Origin: Nemertoderma westbladi
Taxonomy: Eukaryota; Animalia; Xenacoelomorpha
Length of the DNA: 64,000 nt
Reading direction: 5' to 3'
Assembly (NCBI GenBank): GCA_032718475.1
Contig: JAUCBJ010004893.1
Location: 186,001-250,000, forward strand
Part shown: positions 24,095-35,899 of the stretch, in pieces
Layout: each line of letters opens with the position of its first letter
Position numbering within the stretch: position 1 is the stretch's first letter
Notes under the pieces: model-generated
The model's input: the letters and a program-made list of their open reading frames with translations, nothing else
Databases searched by the model: none
What the model was told of the DNA's origin: nothing
Translations under genes and position numbers: made by a program

Positions 24095-27000
24095 CATTAG
24101 GGCCTCCGACAAGTTTGGTAACACATTCACATGGGCTACATTAGTTTTGTAACACTTTCTCATGCGCCTCAGTTGTTTGGTAACACTTTCACATGTGCCA
24201 TATTAGCTTGGTAACACATGCACATGGGCCACATTCGTTTTGTTACACTTTCTCATGCGCCTCAGTTGTTTGATAACACTTTCACATGAGCCTCAGTTGT
24301 TTGGTAACACTTTCACATGTGCCATATTAGTTTGGTAACACTTTCACATGGGCCACATTAATTTGGTAACACTTTCACATGGGCCACAGTATTTTGGTAA
24401 CACTTTCTTATGTGCCTCAGTTGCTTGGTAACAATTTCACATGTGCCACATTAGTTTGGTAACACTTTCACATGTGCCACATTAATTTGGTAACACTTTC
24501 ACATGGGCCACATTAGTTTTGTAACACTTTCTGGGCCACATTAATTTGGTAACACTTTCACATGGGCCACAGTATTTTGGTAACACTTTCTTGTGTGCCT
24601 CAGTTGCTTGGTAACAATTTCACATGTGGCACATTAGTTTGGTAACACTTTCACATGTGCCACATTAATTTGGTAACACTTTCACATGGGCCACATTAGT
24701 TTTGTAACACTTTCTCATGAGCCTCAGTTGTTTGGTAACACTTTCACATGGGTCTCAGTTGTTTGGTAACACGTTCACTTTCACATTGGCCATATTAGTT
24801 TGGTAACACTTTCACATGTATCATATTAGTTTGGTAACACTTTCACAAGGGCCACAGTATTTTGGTAACACTTTCTTATGTGCCTCAGTTGCTTGGTAAC
24901 AATTTCACATGTGCCACATTACCTTAGTAAAACTTTCACATGTGCCACATTAATTTGGTAACACTTTCACATGGGCCACATTAGTTTTGTAACACTTTCT
25001 GGGCCACATTAATTTGGTAACACTTTCACATGGGCCACATTATTTTGGTAACACTTTCTTGTGTGCCTCAGTTGCTTGGTAAGAATTTCACATGTGGCAC
25101 ATTAGTTTAGTAACACTTTCACATGTGCCACATTAATTTGGTAACACTTTCACATGGGCCACATTAGTTTTGTAACACTTTCTCATGAGCCTCAGTTGTT
25201 TGGTAACACTTTCACAAGGGCCACAGTATTTTGGTAACACTTTCTTATGTGCCTCAGTTGCTTGGTAACAATTTCACATGTGCCACATTACCTTAGTAAA
25301 ACTTTCACATGTGCCACATTAATTTGGTAACACTTTCACATGGGCCACATTAGTTTTGTAACACTTTCTCATGAGCCTCAGTTGTTTGGTAACACTTTCA
25401 CATGAGTCTCAGTTGTTTGGTAACACTTTCACTTTCACATTGGCCATATTATTTTGGTAACACTTTCACATGGGCCACATTAGTTTTGTAACACTTTCTC
25501 ATGAGCCTCAGTTGTTTGGTAACACTTTCACATGGGTCTCAGTTGTTTGGTAACACTCACTTTCACATTGGCCATATTAGTTTGGTAACACTTTCACATG
25601 TGCCATATTAGTTTGGTAACACTTTCACATGTGCCATATTAGTTTGGTAACTCTTTCACATGTGCCATATTAGTTTAGTAACACTTTCACATGTGCCACA
25701 TTGGTTTTGTAACACTTTCTCATGCGCCTCAGTTGTTGGGTAACACTTTCACATGGGCCTAGTTGTTTGGTAACACTTTCACATTGGCCATATTAGTTTG
25801 GTAACACTTTCTCATGGGCCACATTAGTTTGGAAACACTTTCTTATGTGCCTCAGTTGCTTGGTAACAATTTCACATGTGCCACATTACCTTAGTAAAAC
25901 TTTCACATGTGCCACATTAATTTGGTAACACTTTCACATGGGCCACATTAGTTTTGTAACACTTTCTCATAAGCCTCAGTTGTTTGGTAACACTTTCACA
26001 TGGGTCTCAGTTGTTTGGTAACACTTTCACTTTCACATTGGCCATATTAGTTTGGTAACACTTTCACATGTGCCATATTAGTTTGGTAACACTTTCACAT
26101 GTGCCATATTAGTTTGGTAACACTTTCACATGTGCCATATTAGTTTAGTAACACTTTCACATGTGCCACATTGGTTTTGTAACACTTTCTCATGCGCCTC
26201 AGTTGTTGGGTAACACTTTCACATGGGCCTAGTTGTTTGGTAACACTTTCACATTGGCCATATTAGTTTGGTAACACTTTCACATGGGCCACATTAGTTT
26301 TGTAACACTTTCTCATGAGCCTCAGTTGTTTGGTAACACTTTCACATGATCATCAGTTGTTTGGTAACACTTTCACATGGGCCACAATAGTTTGATAAAA
26401 CATACACATGGGCCTGGGCCACATTAGTTTGGAAACACTTTCTCATGGGCCACATTAGTTTGGAAACACTTTCACATGTGCCACATTAGTTTTGTAACAC
26501 TTTCTGGGCCACATTAGTTTTGTAACACTTTCTGGGCCACATTAGTTTGGTAACACTTTCACATGTGTCACATTAGTTTGGTAACACTTTCACATGTGCC
26601 ACATTAGTTTGGAAACACTTTCACATGTGCCACATTAGTTTTGTAACACTTTCTGGGCCACATTAGTTTGGTAACACTTTCACATGGGCCACAGTAGTTT
26701 GGTATCACTTTCTTATGTGCCTCAGTTGTTTAGTAACAATTTCACATGTGCCACATTAATTTGGTAACACTTTCACATGGTCCACATTAGTTTTGTAACA
26801 CTTTCTCATGCGCCTCAGTTGTTTGGTAACACTTTCACATGTGCCACATTAGTTTGGTAACACTTTCTCATGAGCCTCAGTTGTTTGGTAACACTTTCAC
26901 ATGTGCCACATTAGTTCGGTAATACATTCACATGGGCCACATTAGTTTGGTAACACTTTCTCATGGGCCACAGTTGTTTGGTAACACTTTCACATGCGCC

Positions 27001-28465
27001 TCAGTTGTTTGGTAACACTTTCACATGTGCCACATTAGTTTGGTAATACATTCACATGGGCCACATTAGTTTGGTAACACTTTCTCATGGGCCACAGTTG
27101 TTTGGTAACACTTTCACATGTGCCACATTAGTTTGGTACCACTTTCACATGGGCCACATTAGTTTGGTAACACTTTCACATGGGCCACATTAGTTTTGTA
27201 ACATTTTCTCATAAGCCTCAGTTGTTTGGTAACACTTTCACATGTGCCACATTAGTTTAGTACACTTTCACATCATATGTGCGACATTAGTTTGTTAACA
27301 CTTTCTCATGAACCTCAGTAGTTTGGTAACACTTTCTCATGAACGTCAGTAGATTGGTAACACTTTCTCATGAACGTCAGTAGTTTGGTAACACTTTCTC
27401 ATGAACGTCAGTAGTTTGGTAACACTTTCTCATGAACGTCAGTAGTTTGGTAACACTTTCTCAAGAACGTCAGTAGTTTGGTAACACTTTCTCATGAACG
27501 TCAGTAGTTTGGTAACACTTTCTCATGAACGTCAGTAGTTTGGTAACAGTATCTCATGGGCCACATTAGTTTGGTAACACTTTCTCATGAACGTCAGTAG
27601 TTTGGTAACACTTTCTCATGAACGTCAGTAGTTTGGTAACACTTTCTCATGAACGTCAGTAGTTTGGTAACACTTTCTCATGAACGTCAGTAGTTTGGTA
27701 ACACTTTCTCATGAACGTCAGTAGTTTGGTAACAGTATCTCATGGGCCACATTAGTTTGGTAACACTTTCTCATGAACGTCAGTAGTTTGGTAACACTTT
27801 CTCATGAACGTCAGTAGTTTGGTAACACTTTCTCATGAACGTCAGTAGTTTGGTAACACTTTCTCATGAACGTCAGTAGTTTGGTAACACTTTCTCATGA
27901 ACGTCAGTAGTTTGGTAACACTTTCTCATGAACGTCAGTAGTTTGGTAACAGTATCTCATGGGCCACATTAGTTTGGTAACACTTTCTCAAGAACGTCAG
28001 TAGTTTGGTAACACTTTCTCATGAACGTCAGTAGTTTGGTAACACTTTCTCATGAACGTCAGTAGTTTGGTAACAGTATCTCATGGGCCACATTAGTTTG
28101 GTAACACTTTCTCATGAACGTCAGTAGTTTGGTAACACTTTCTCATGAACGTCAGTAGTTTGGTAACACTTTCTCATGAACGTCAGTAGTTTGGTAACAC
28201 TTTCTCATGAACGTCAGTAGTTTGGTAACAGTATCTCATGGGCCACATTAGTTTGGTAACACTTTCTCATGAACGTCAGTAGTTTGGTAACACTTTCTCA
28301 TGAACGTCAGTAGTTTGGTAACACTTTCTCATGAACGTCAGTAGTTTGGTAACACTTTCTCATGAACGTCAGTAGTTTGGTAACACTTTCTCATGAACGT
28401 CAGTAGTTTGGTAACACTTTCTCATGAACGTCAGTAGTTTGGTAACAGTTTCACATGGGCCACTG
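24095..28465. repeat. Approximately 30-bp tandem array (TTGGTAACACTTTCACATGGGCCACATTAGT and variants) filling the COX11 intron
   Basis: Heterogeneous left part with higher-order blocks; homogeneous ATGAACGTCAGTAG variant from about 27310. Confidence 0.95.
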
Positions 28466-28505
28466 TAGGTGTTGGGTAAATAATGTTCTACTTAATTTCT
28501 TTCAG

Positions 28506-28742
28506 TGTTTTTGTTTTGAGGAACAGCTGTTACAGCCGGGAGAGACTGTAGATATGCCGGTGCTGTTCTACATAGACCCCGAGTACGCGGAAGATAAGGG
28601 CTTGGTCTACAGCAACACCATCGGCCTGCAGTACACATTCTTCGAAGCTAAAGAAGGTTTCAACGTCCCACGTCCGGACTTCGAAAAGTATTTATCGGAA
28701 ATACCAAACTCAACTACTGATATTCCTGTACAACCCGCGTAA
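28506..28742 (+). CDS. COX11: COX11 exon 2
   Basis: ttttcag|TGT TTT TGT completes the copper-binding IQ|CFCF motif; EEQ...VDMPVLFYIDP...L.YTFF. Confidence 0.96.
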   Translation, partial: CFCFEEQLLQPGETVDMPVLFYIDPEYAEDKGLVYSNTIGLQYTFFEAKEGFNVPRPDFEKYLSEIPNSTTDIPVQPA

Positions 28743-29544
28743 TTTATGTGTAAACGCAAGGCCGAAAACCACAGCCGTTAACGACAAATTAACGTTAAAT
28801 ACAATAATGTTTTAGATGGAATTGTCTTACCTCTGTAACCTGTTCTTTTCCCTCAATTAGTAATTAACATTAATATAACTCTCTAACTCCAATAGTGGCT
28901 GTCGGTATAGCGTAGGGTAGAGTTTTTTATATGTCGTACTGATTGAATAGTTAAATAAATTTAAAACAAAAATCGTCAGTTCTTAAAAACAAACATTTAC
29001 AAACTGTGTTACATTTTTGGAATCCTTGCATGGTCAGCTTTCTAACAATACCAACAAATCACTATAAGGTTGAAGAATAACTGCGGTGTAACTGGTGCAA
29101 TATCGACGGAGACACCTTTTCTAAACACTTGTAGCTAAAGAATGAAAGCGAAAATAAAACTTCTGGCTCATCCAGTCAGTGGTCGGGAGGTGATATTATT
29201 TGTTTCAAATTTCATGCAATCTCATTAAGATTTGTAGAAAAATTTGGGGAAGGGAGGGGTTTGGGGGCACCGCACGCACAGTTACTCTGGAGTCCCGAAT
29301 AGACGGGGTGGGTGGAAAATTTTTATTATGCTAGTAGTCGGGGTGGTGGAATAAACGTGGTGGGTGGAAAATTTTGAAAACTTAAGGCCTACAGTATACT
29401 TACTTAACATACTTATTGGCATACAGGTACAGTGCGATTAATTACACACCAATAAATTAATAACTTTCACTATAAGATACTATTTTGAGTACCGGTACTA
29501 TTATTTGGTAACATGTAACCGCCCGGACGATACCTGTGCTGTGT

Positions 29545-29852
29545 GTGAGACATTGATTCGTTAACGTCGTGGGTGTTGTTGATCTATAAGTCACGGAGTT
29601 GGCGGAATTTCATCTGATATCTTCCAAGAAGTTGTTTACACCCACTCGTACCAGATTAGCGACTTTAATTATAATTCTTATCGACCTGTTAGTTGCTATT
29701 ATACGTGATCGCGTATAGCTGCTATAGGCCTAATTGAGCAATGAATGATGGATGATATTTGATGATTTCCCTACAGGGTAGCACTATATCTATATCGGAA
29801 TTCCTTTACTAATCATTAATAAGTTATATTTCTGAGAAGCAGACAAAACAAA
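29545..29852 (-). repeat. Approximately 305-bp dispersed repeat, copy B (inverted relative to 20733-21039)
   Basis: Direct sequence comparison. Confidence 0.9.
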
Positions 29853-30794
29853 ATGAATATATTAAATCAATAGCTCGGTGAACAGAACATGGCAGTATTT
29901 CCTGTTATTTAGGTTAGCCTTAGAACCCTACATGAATAATAACTGGCATTTAAACGCAATAAATAATTAATAAATTAAATAATTAACATTTAGAAGAAAT
30001 CAAATATGGTTCATAAATTTGCAAATACATTTTTTTACAATCTTGAGTATTTTTTTGCAATCATATAAAATAATATGTTAGGTAGCCTAATCACAACAAA
30101 ATTATGGAAAGTTATTATCAGCTCAATAAACTTACATAGGCGGAAAGGAATATGTCAAGTCACAAGTTGAATTCCCTGGCGGAAATCCTTGCTACCTCTA
30201 TTAATTGGAGTAAAGTGACATCGACCTGTGACTGTCTACTACTGCCCCAAACCAACACTGACCGTCGCTGAACTGAGGTAAGGCATTGTGGTCTGTATGA
30301 AAGGGATCCCCATATCTGGTTCCATAGATAAGGGCCTTGACTGCGCAGAAGGCTATTACTGCAATCTGCTATACCACAACCACTAATGCTGATGAAGCTG
30401 AAATTGACTCATTCTATTTATATAGATATGGAGCAACTTCTCTCGCGCTTGTCTATTTATTACATTGAGTGAAGTATTGATGATGATGGAGATAAAATAA
30501 CTGGTTTCATTGGTTTATCAAGGGAACTGGAGTTGGGAACATCACCGAGTGAGAATGATTCACCGAGTGATATGGTCGACTTTATTTCTCAGTCTGTCGA
30601 TCACTTAGGTACAATACCGGTACCGGTACCTGTGTAAGGAACTGTTAAATGATCCAATTACACCAGACCATCATAATTGAAAATAAAAATAATAATATAA
30701 ATATAAAGGCCTTTATTTTATATATACCGGTAATATAAATGTGACAGAATCCCATCATTTTATTATTGTCTAAAAAGTTTAAAAAGTAAATCAA

Positions 30795-31931
30795 TTAACT
30801 TGGTTTGCGAGCCACAAAGAATCCACATTTATACTTATATTCCATCATAGAGACGGGGTTATTGATGTAATTACACGGTAAGTTACGGACTTCCTTTACT
30901 AATAGGAAACCGACTCCTCGTACAGCCGTAATCACGTCGTCCCAACACAGTTCCACGCTCTGTTCGCCCGAGATGTCGGAGTAATGGTAGAGCAACGGGC
31001 CGAGGTTAACGAGCAACCCACCGGGTCGCAGAACGAGGTACATCCGTTCGAGGTACTCGATGATGTTGTGCGCTGTGTCCAGGAAGAAACAACTCGCGAC
31101 GATGTGCCAACAGTCCGGCTCGGTGTAGACATCGAGAAAGTCCCCGGCCGTCATGGAGAAGGCGTCGTCCAGGGTGAGGGAGGAAGGCCGGATGTCCGGG
31201 ATGCGGACAGCTCGCAGCTGGTCGGAAGTAGACCAGTTGTTGAACCAGTGGTGCACCCAGGGGTAGATTACAGCGCCGTACCGCGAGGGGGCGCAGTTGA
31301 GCGCGTAATGCGAGCCGAAGAGCATGTAGTAGGAGAACTCGTTACCTTGTGTGGCGTAGCCATGGGCGGCGATATCTAGGGTGAGACGGCCCAGACCGGC
31401 CCCGGGGACCAGCACACTAACTCGTTCCGAGTCCGACACCGGGAACTCTTCCAGTATAGCGTCTACTATCGGTGCGTAACACGCGGCCCTCTCATCCGCT
31501 CCCTCGGCGCTCCAATCCCGCACAAACTGTTTCAACGTGGTCTGTACCTTCTCCATGTCCGCTCGACTGGGTTTCTCTGCGCTTTCCGACGCCGACTGGG
31601 TCTCGAGCGCCCGGTTACTGAACATGTACTCCACGTCCGCTACCAGGGTTTCTAGAAAGTCTGCGTTCGCCGCCACGCACTCCCGTAGTTGTTGGTGGAA
31701 CCGAGGGATATGGCCCATCATAGCGCGATGCGGTTTCTTCATCCGCGCGTAGGATTCTTCCATCTGTCGAACTCGCGCCAATGAATCCTCCCTATAGAAA
31801 CGGAAGTTACGGATTATTTTTCGGACGTGCTTGTTCTCTAGTTCCTCTTCTTTGCTGGACAAAGTTGAAACCGGCGTTAAATTATTGGTGGAATTAATGA
31901 AATCGTTTGTGTTCGGTTCCATGGCGCTCAT
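30795..31931 (-). CDS. CARNMT1: Carnosine N-methyltransferase (N2227-like), single exon, 378 aa
   Basis: KV.TTLKQFVRDWS.EG..ER..CY, VLVPGAGLGRL, QGNEFSYYML, MTAGDF, CFFLDTAHNIIEY, NLGPLLYH motifs. Confidence 0.96.
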   Translation of the reverse strand: MSAMEPNTNDFINSTNNLTPVSTLSSKEEELENKHVRKIIRNFRFYREDSLARVRQMEESYARMKKPHRAMMGHIPRFHQQLRECVAANADFLETLVADVEYMFSNRALETQSASESAEKPSRADMEKVQTTLKQFVRDWSAEGADERAACYAPIVDAILEEFPVSDSERVSVLVPGAGLGRLTLDIAAHGYATQGNEFSYYMLFGSHYALNCAPSRYGAVIYPWVHHWFNNWSTSDQLRAVRIPDIRPSSLTLDDAFSMTAGDFLDVYTEPDCWHIVASCFFLDTAHNIIEYLERMYLVLRPGGLLVNLGPLLYHYSDISGEQSVELCWDDVITAVRGVGFLLVKEVRNLPCNYINNPVSMMEYKYKCGFFVARKPS

Positions 31932-32231
31932 TGTGTAGTCAATCTCTCTACTGCTCTTAAGTCTTGTACTCCTGCCTGCCTACCCCTACAGTGCTACTGT
32001 GCCGCAGTCTACAGATACTATTAGGCTTAGTTCAGTAGTTACGTATTAGTACTGTACCGGCATTACAGTACCGGTACTGCAGTATTACCGGTTGATCACA
32101 ATTTCAACATACTGATGGTGTTTCCAACCGGAAACAGACCAGCCTAACTCAAATAGATATGAATTACGTACCGGTACAAAGAATTACGGTACCGGTATTA
32201 TTGCCCATGCCCACCCCCCCCCCCCCCCCCC

Positions 32232-33724
32232 ATATATTGTCTAATAATAAATATATTGTCTAATAATAAATATATTGTCTAATAATAAATATATTGTCTA
32301 ATAATAAATATATTGTCTAATAATAAATATATTGTCTAATAATAAATATATTGTCTAATAATAAATATATTGTCTAATAATAAATATATTGTCTAATAAT
32401 AAATATATTGTCTAATAATAAATATTTTGTCTAATAATAAATATATTGTCTAATAATAAATATATTGTCTAATAATAAATATATTGTCTAATAATAAATA
32501 TATTGTCTAATAATAAATATATTGTCTAATAATAAATATATTGTCTAATAATAAATATATTGTCTAATAATAAATATATTGTCTAATAATAAATATATTG
32601 TCTAATAATAAATATATTGTCTAATAATAAATATATTGTCTAATAATAAATATATTGTCTAATAATAAATATATTGTCTAATAATAAATATATTGTCTAA
32701 TAATAAATATATTGTTTAATAATAAATATATTGTCTAATAATAAATATATTGTCTAATAATAAATATATTGTCTAATAATAAATATATTGTCTAATAATA
32801 AATATATTGTCTAATAATAAATATATTGTCTAATAATAAATATATTGTCTAATAATAAAATATATTGTCTAATAATAATTATATTGTCTAATAATAAATA
32901 TATTGTCTAATAATAAATATATTGTCTAATAATAAATATATTGTCTAATAATAAATATATTGTCTAATAATAAATATATTGTCTAATAATAAATATATTG
33001 TCTAATAATAAATATATTGTCTAATAATAAATATATTGTCTAATAATAAATATATTGTCTAATAATAAATATATTGTCTAGTAATAAATATATTGTCTAA
33101 TAATAAATATATTGTCTAATAATAAATATATTGTCTAATAATAAATATATTGTCTAATAATAAATATATTGTCTAATAATAAATATATTGTCTAATAATA
33201 AATATATTGTCTAATAATAAATATATTGTCTAATAATAAATATATTGTCTAATAATAAATATATTGTCTAATAATAAATATATTGTCTAATAATAAATAT
33301 ATTGTCTAATAATAAATATATTGTCTAATAATAAATATATTGTCTAATAATAAATATATTGTCTAATAATAAATATATTGTCTAATAATAAATATATTGT
33401 CTAATAATAAATATATTGTCTAATAATAAATATATTGTTTAATAATAAATATATTGTCTAATAATAAATATATTGTTTAATAATAAATATATTGTCTAAT
33501 AATAAATATATTGTCTAATAATAAATATATTGTCTAATAATAAATATATTGTCTAATAATAAATATATTGTCTAATAATAAAATATATTGTCTAATAATA
33601 ATTATATTGTCTAATAATAAATATATTGTCTAATAATAAATATATTGTCTAATAATAAATATATTGTCTAATAATAAATATATTGTCTAATAATAAATAT
33701 ATTGTCTAATAATAAATATATTGT
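32232..33724. repeat. 19-bp AT-rich tandem array (ATATTGTCTAATAATAAAT)n, about 78 copies
   Basis: Read directly; starts immediately after a poly-C tract. Confidence 0.97.
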
Positions 33725-33729
33725 ACAAA

Positions 33730-34300
33730 AAGGCTTTGTCAAATTGAACTCCACACTATCGCATCAAATCAATATTTATATATATCAATATTATTTATAC
33801 TTCTAATTAAGCCACAGAATCAAGAATAGAGTCAATGAAACCGCAATCATCGATTTAGTGGGTGTAGACATCTTCAAATTAGGACTGGAGTGTTTAGTTC
33901 CCGAGTTATTGCCTAAAAGGAGCAGGCCGGCTCCTGGCTGAACCCAGCATTTGAGGGTAAATAGTGATATACAACATACACATTAACATACACCAACTTA
34001 TTAGATCATTGCAAGTCGAATGAGTCTGTTCAATAGCGTATATGCTATATATCGCTTAACGTAATATTAGGTTGGGCCGGCCCCGGCCTGCATCTTTTTT
34101 GCAATATCTCGGGAACTAATCACTCTAGTCCTAATTTGTGGTGTCTACTGCCTACTAAATCGATAATTTATTATCGATCACTACTGATTAAATGAGTCTA
34201 TTCTTGATTCTGTGGCATAATAAAAATGAATCATTTTTAGAGGATTACGTATTTATCGATTTGACGTGATGACGTTGAGTTGAACTATTCTGAAGGTTTC
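33730..34300. mobile_element. Palindromic MITE-like element
   Basis: Long imperfect inverted arms, e.g. CCACAGAATCAAGAATAGAGTCA (33813) vs TGAGTCTATTCTTGATTCTGTGG (34193), and TAGTTCCCGAG vs CTCGGGAACTA. Termini and TSD not resolved. Confidence 0.6.
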
Positions 34301-35899
34301 TGCACCCATTAAGTCGAGAATTGCGGTTCGATTGAGCCTAAGATTTAGTATAAGAAGTTGGGGACAAGAAGTTGGTTAACACGAAAACGGAGTCTATGAG
34401 GCTGTTGGGCACAGTGTCGCTTTCGTGTGAAATATTTAAAGCTATTGGGCTACCACTAAGATAATATATTTTTTGCAATAAAATTTTGCAAAATCACTAT
34501 TGGAATGAAAAAGAACACTTTTTACTAACTTATATAAAAGTTCTCAAACATTTTAGTTTTTGGCCCAGTCTACTAGTCAAGACAGTTTGCCTGTAGGTTT
34601 GCCGCCAAAGCTCACCGTAGCATCATCCCATCATCAACAGATTTAAAGCTTCTGAACACAAATAAACAGGTTTGTAAAATGGCTTACCGCACGTGGATGT
34701 GATGAGAATAGGACCAACTAACTGACACTCCTGTCGAGTCCTGTCTATATTTTATACTGTAGTTCTTACTTGTGACCAAAAATCATTGGACGTAGAGTCT
34801 GAAACCATGGAAACAGCCATTTTGTAGTTCCAAATGGTTGATTCTTGTTTTTTAACATGACGCATTGATAGCTTATTTAAATGGAGCTTTACTGCGTTCG
34901 AAAATTAATTAATTAAAAGCTTCACGCTCACAACTAGGGTTACAATAATAGCACAGTCTAAATAAAGGCTGAACACTGTGAACAGCCGGTACAATTTCTT
35001 CACATTATAGTGTAGTTCATCAAACCTGTTATATGATTCTGTTGGTTAGAGTTGCCGTAATAATTTTTTATAATATAATTCTTACTTGAATTCATGCCTG
35101 TTCTTATTGATAGGTTAATGGGGTATTTCCCACTTGTCAAAGATTTGAAGTTCAAACTTCAAATTGTTTTGACACGTTTTGAGCTCTCACATAATTAATG
35201 CGGTGTATTTTGTTAACAATATAGGATTACACAGAGAATACAACATATTGAAAAACAATTTCAGTTAACATCCCAAATAATATTATTTATAAGCAAATGT
35301 AATAGAAAGACAATAATTACCAACACCTAGTATCCTGCCAGTTTCATACAGTAAGTCTACTTACTACACCAAAACCAGCGCTGGTTACTCACATTCCAAA
35401 TTAGTGATTATCTACGGTAGATCTGTGAAAGTTAAATATTTATGTGTGAACAGGGACGTAGAGGACGATTATTTCAACTTGAGAGTTGAAAGCGGATTAT
35501 AAATATAAGTGGCAGTCATACGAGTACTGTCGTTTACGGACCCAACCCGTGCTTAATAGCATCGGCTCAGAGTAATTTAACAACAATCTAAGTGTTATTG
35601 ATAATGCACAGAGCATGACTTCAGATTAATTAATAGTATATCCGGTATAATTCAATATTGACCTATCTGTTAAGTGCTCATATATGAATGAATGGGTGAA
35701 TTGACAAAGAACTTAGTTCACGTGGAGATGAAAGTAGCTGCTTATTGTAACAGTACCCCCCAGAGTATGGGAATATGGAATAACTTAATAAGTTAAATAA
35801 GTGAGACTGTGTGAGACCATTGTGGGAGTTTTAATGTTAAGTGCATGCATGATCCCGTGCATTATTTTTCGAGCTCGCTCGACTTAATAGTAAGTAGTA

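Noticed and set aside
30120-30380. Possible SINE between COX11 and CARNMT1
   Set aside because: GC-richer island with a SINE-like appearance, but no clear Pol III boxes or second copy in the window.
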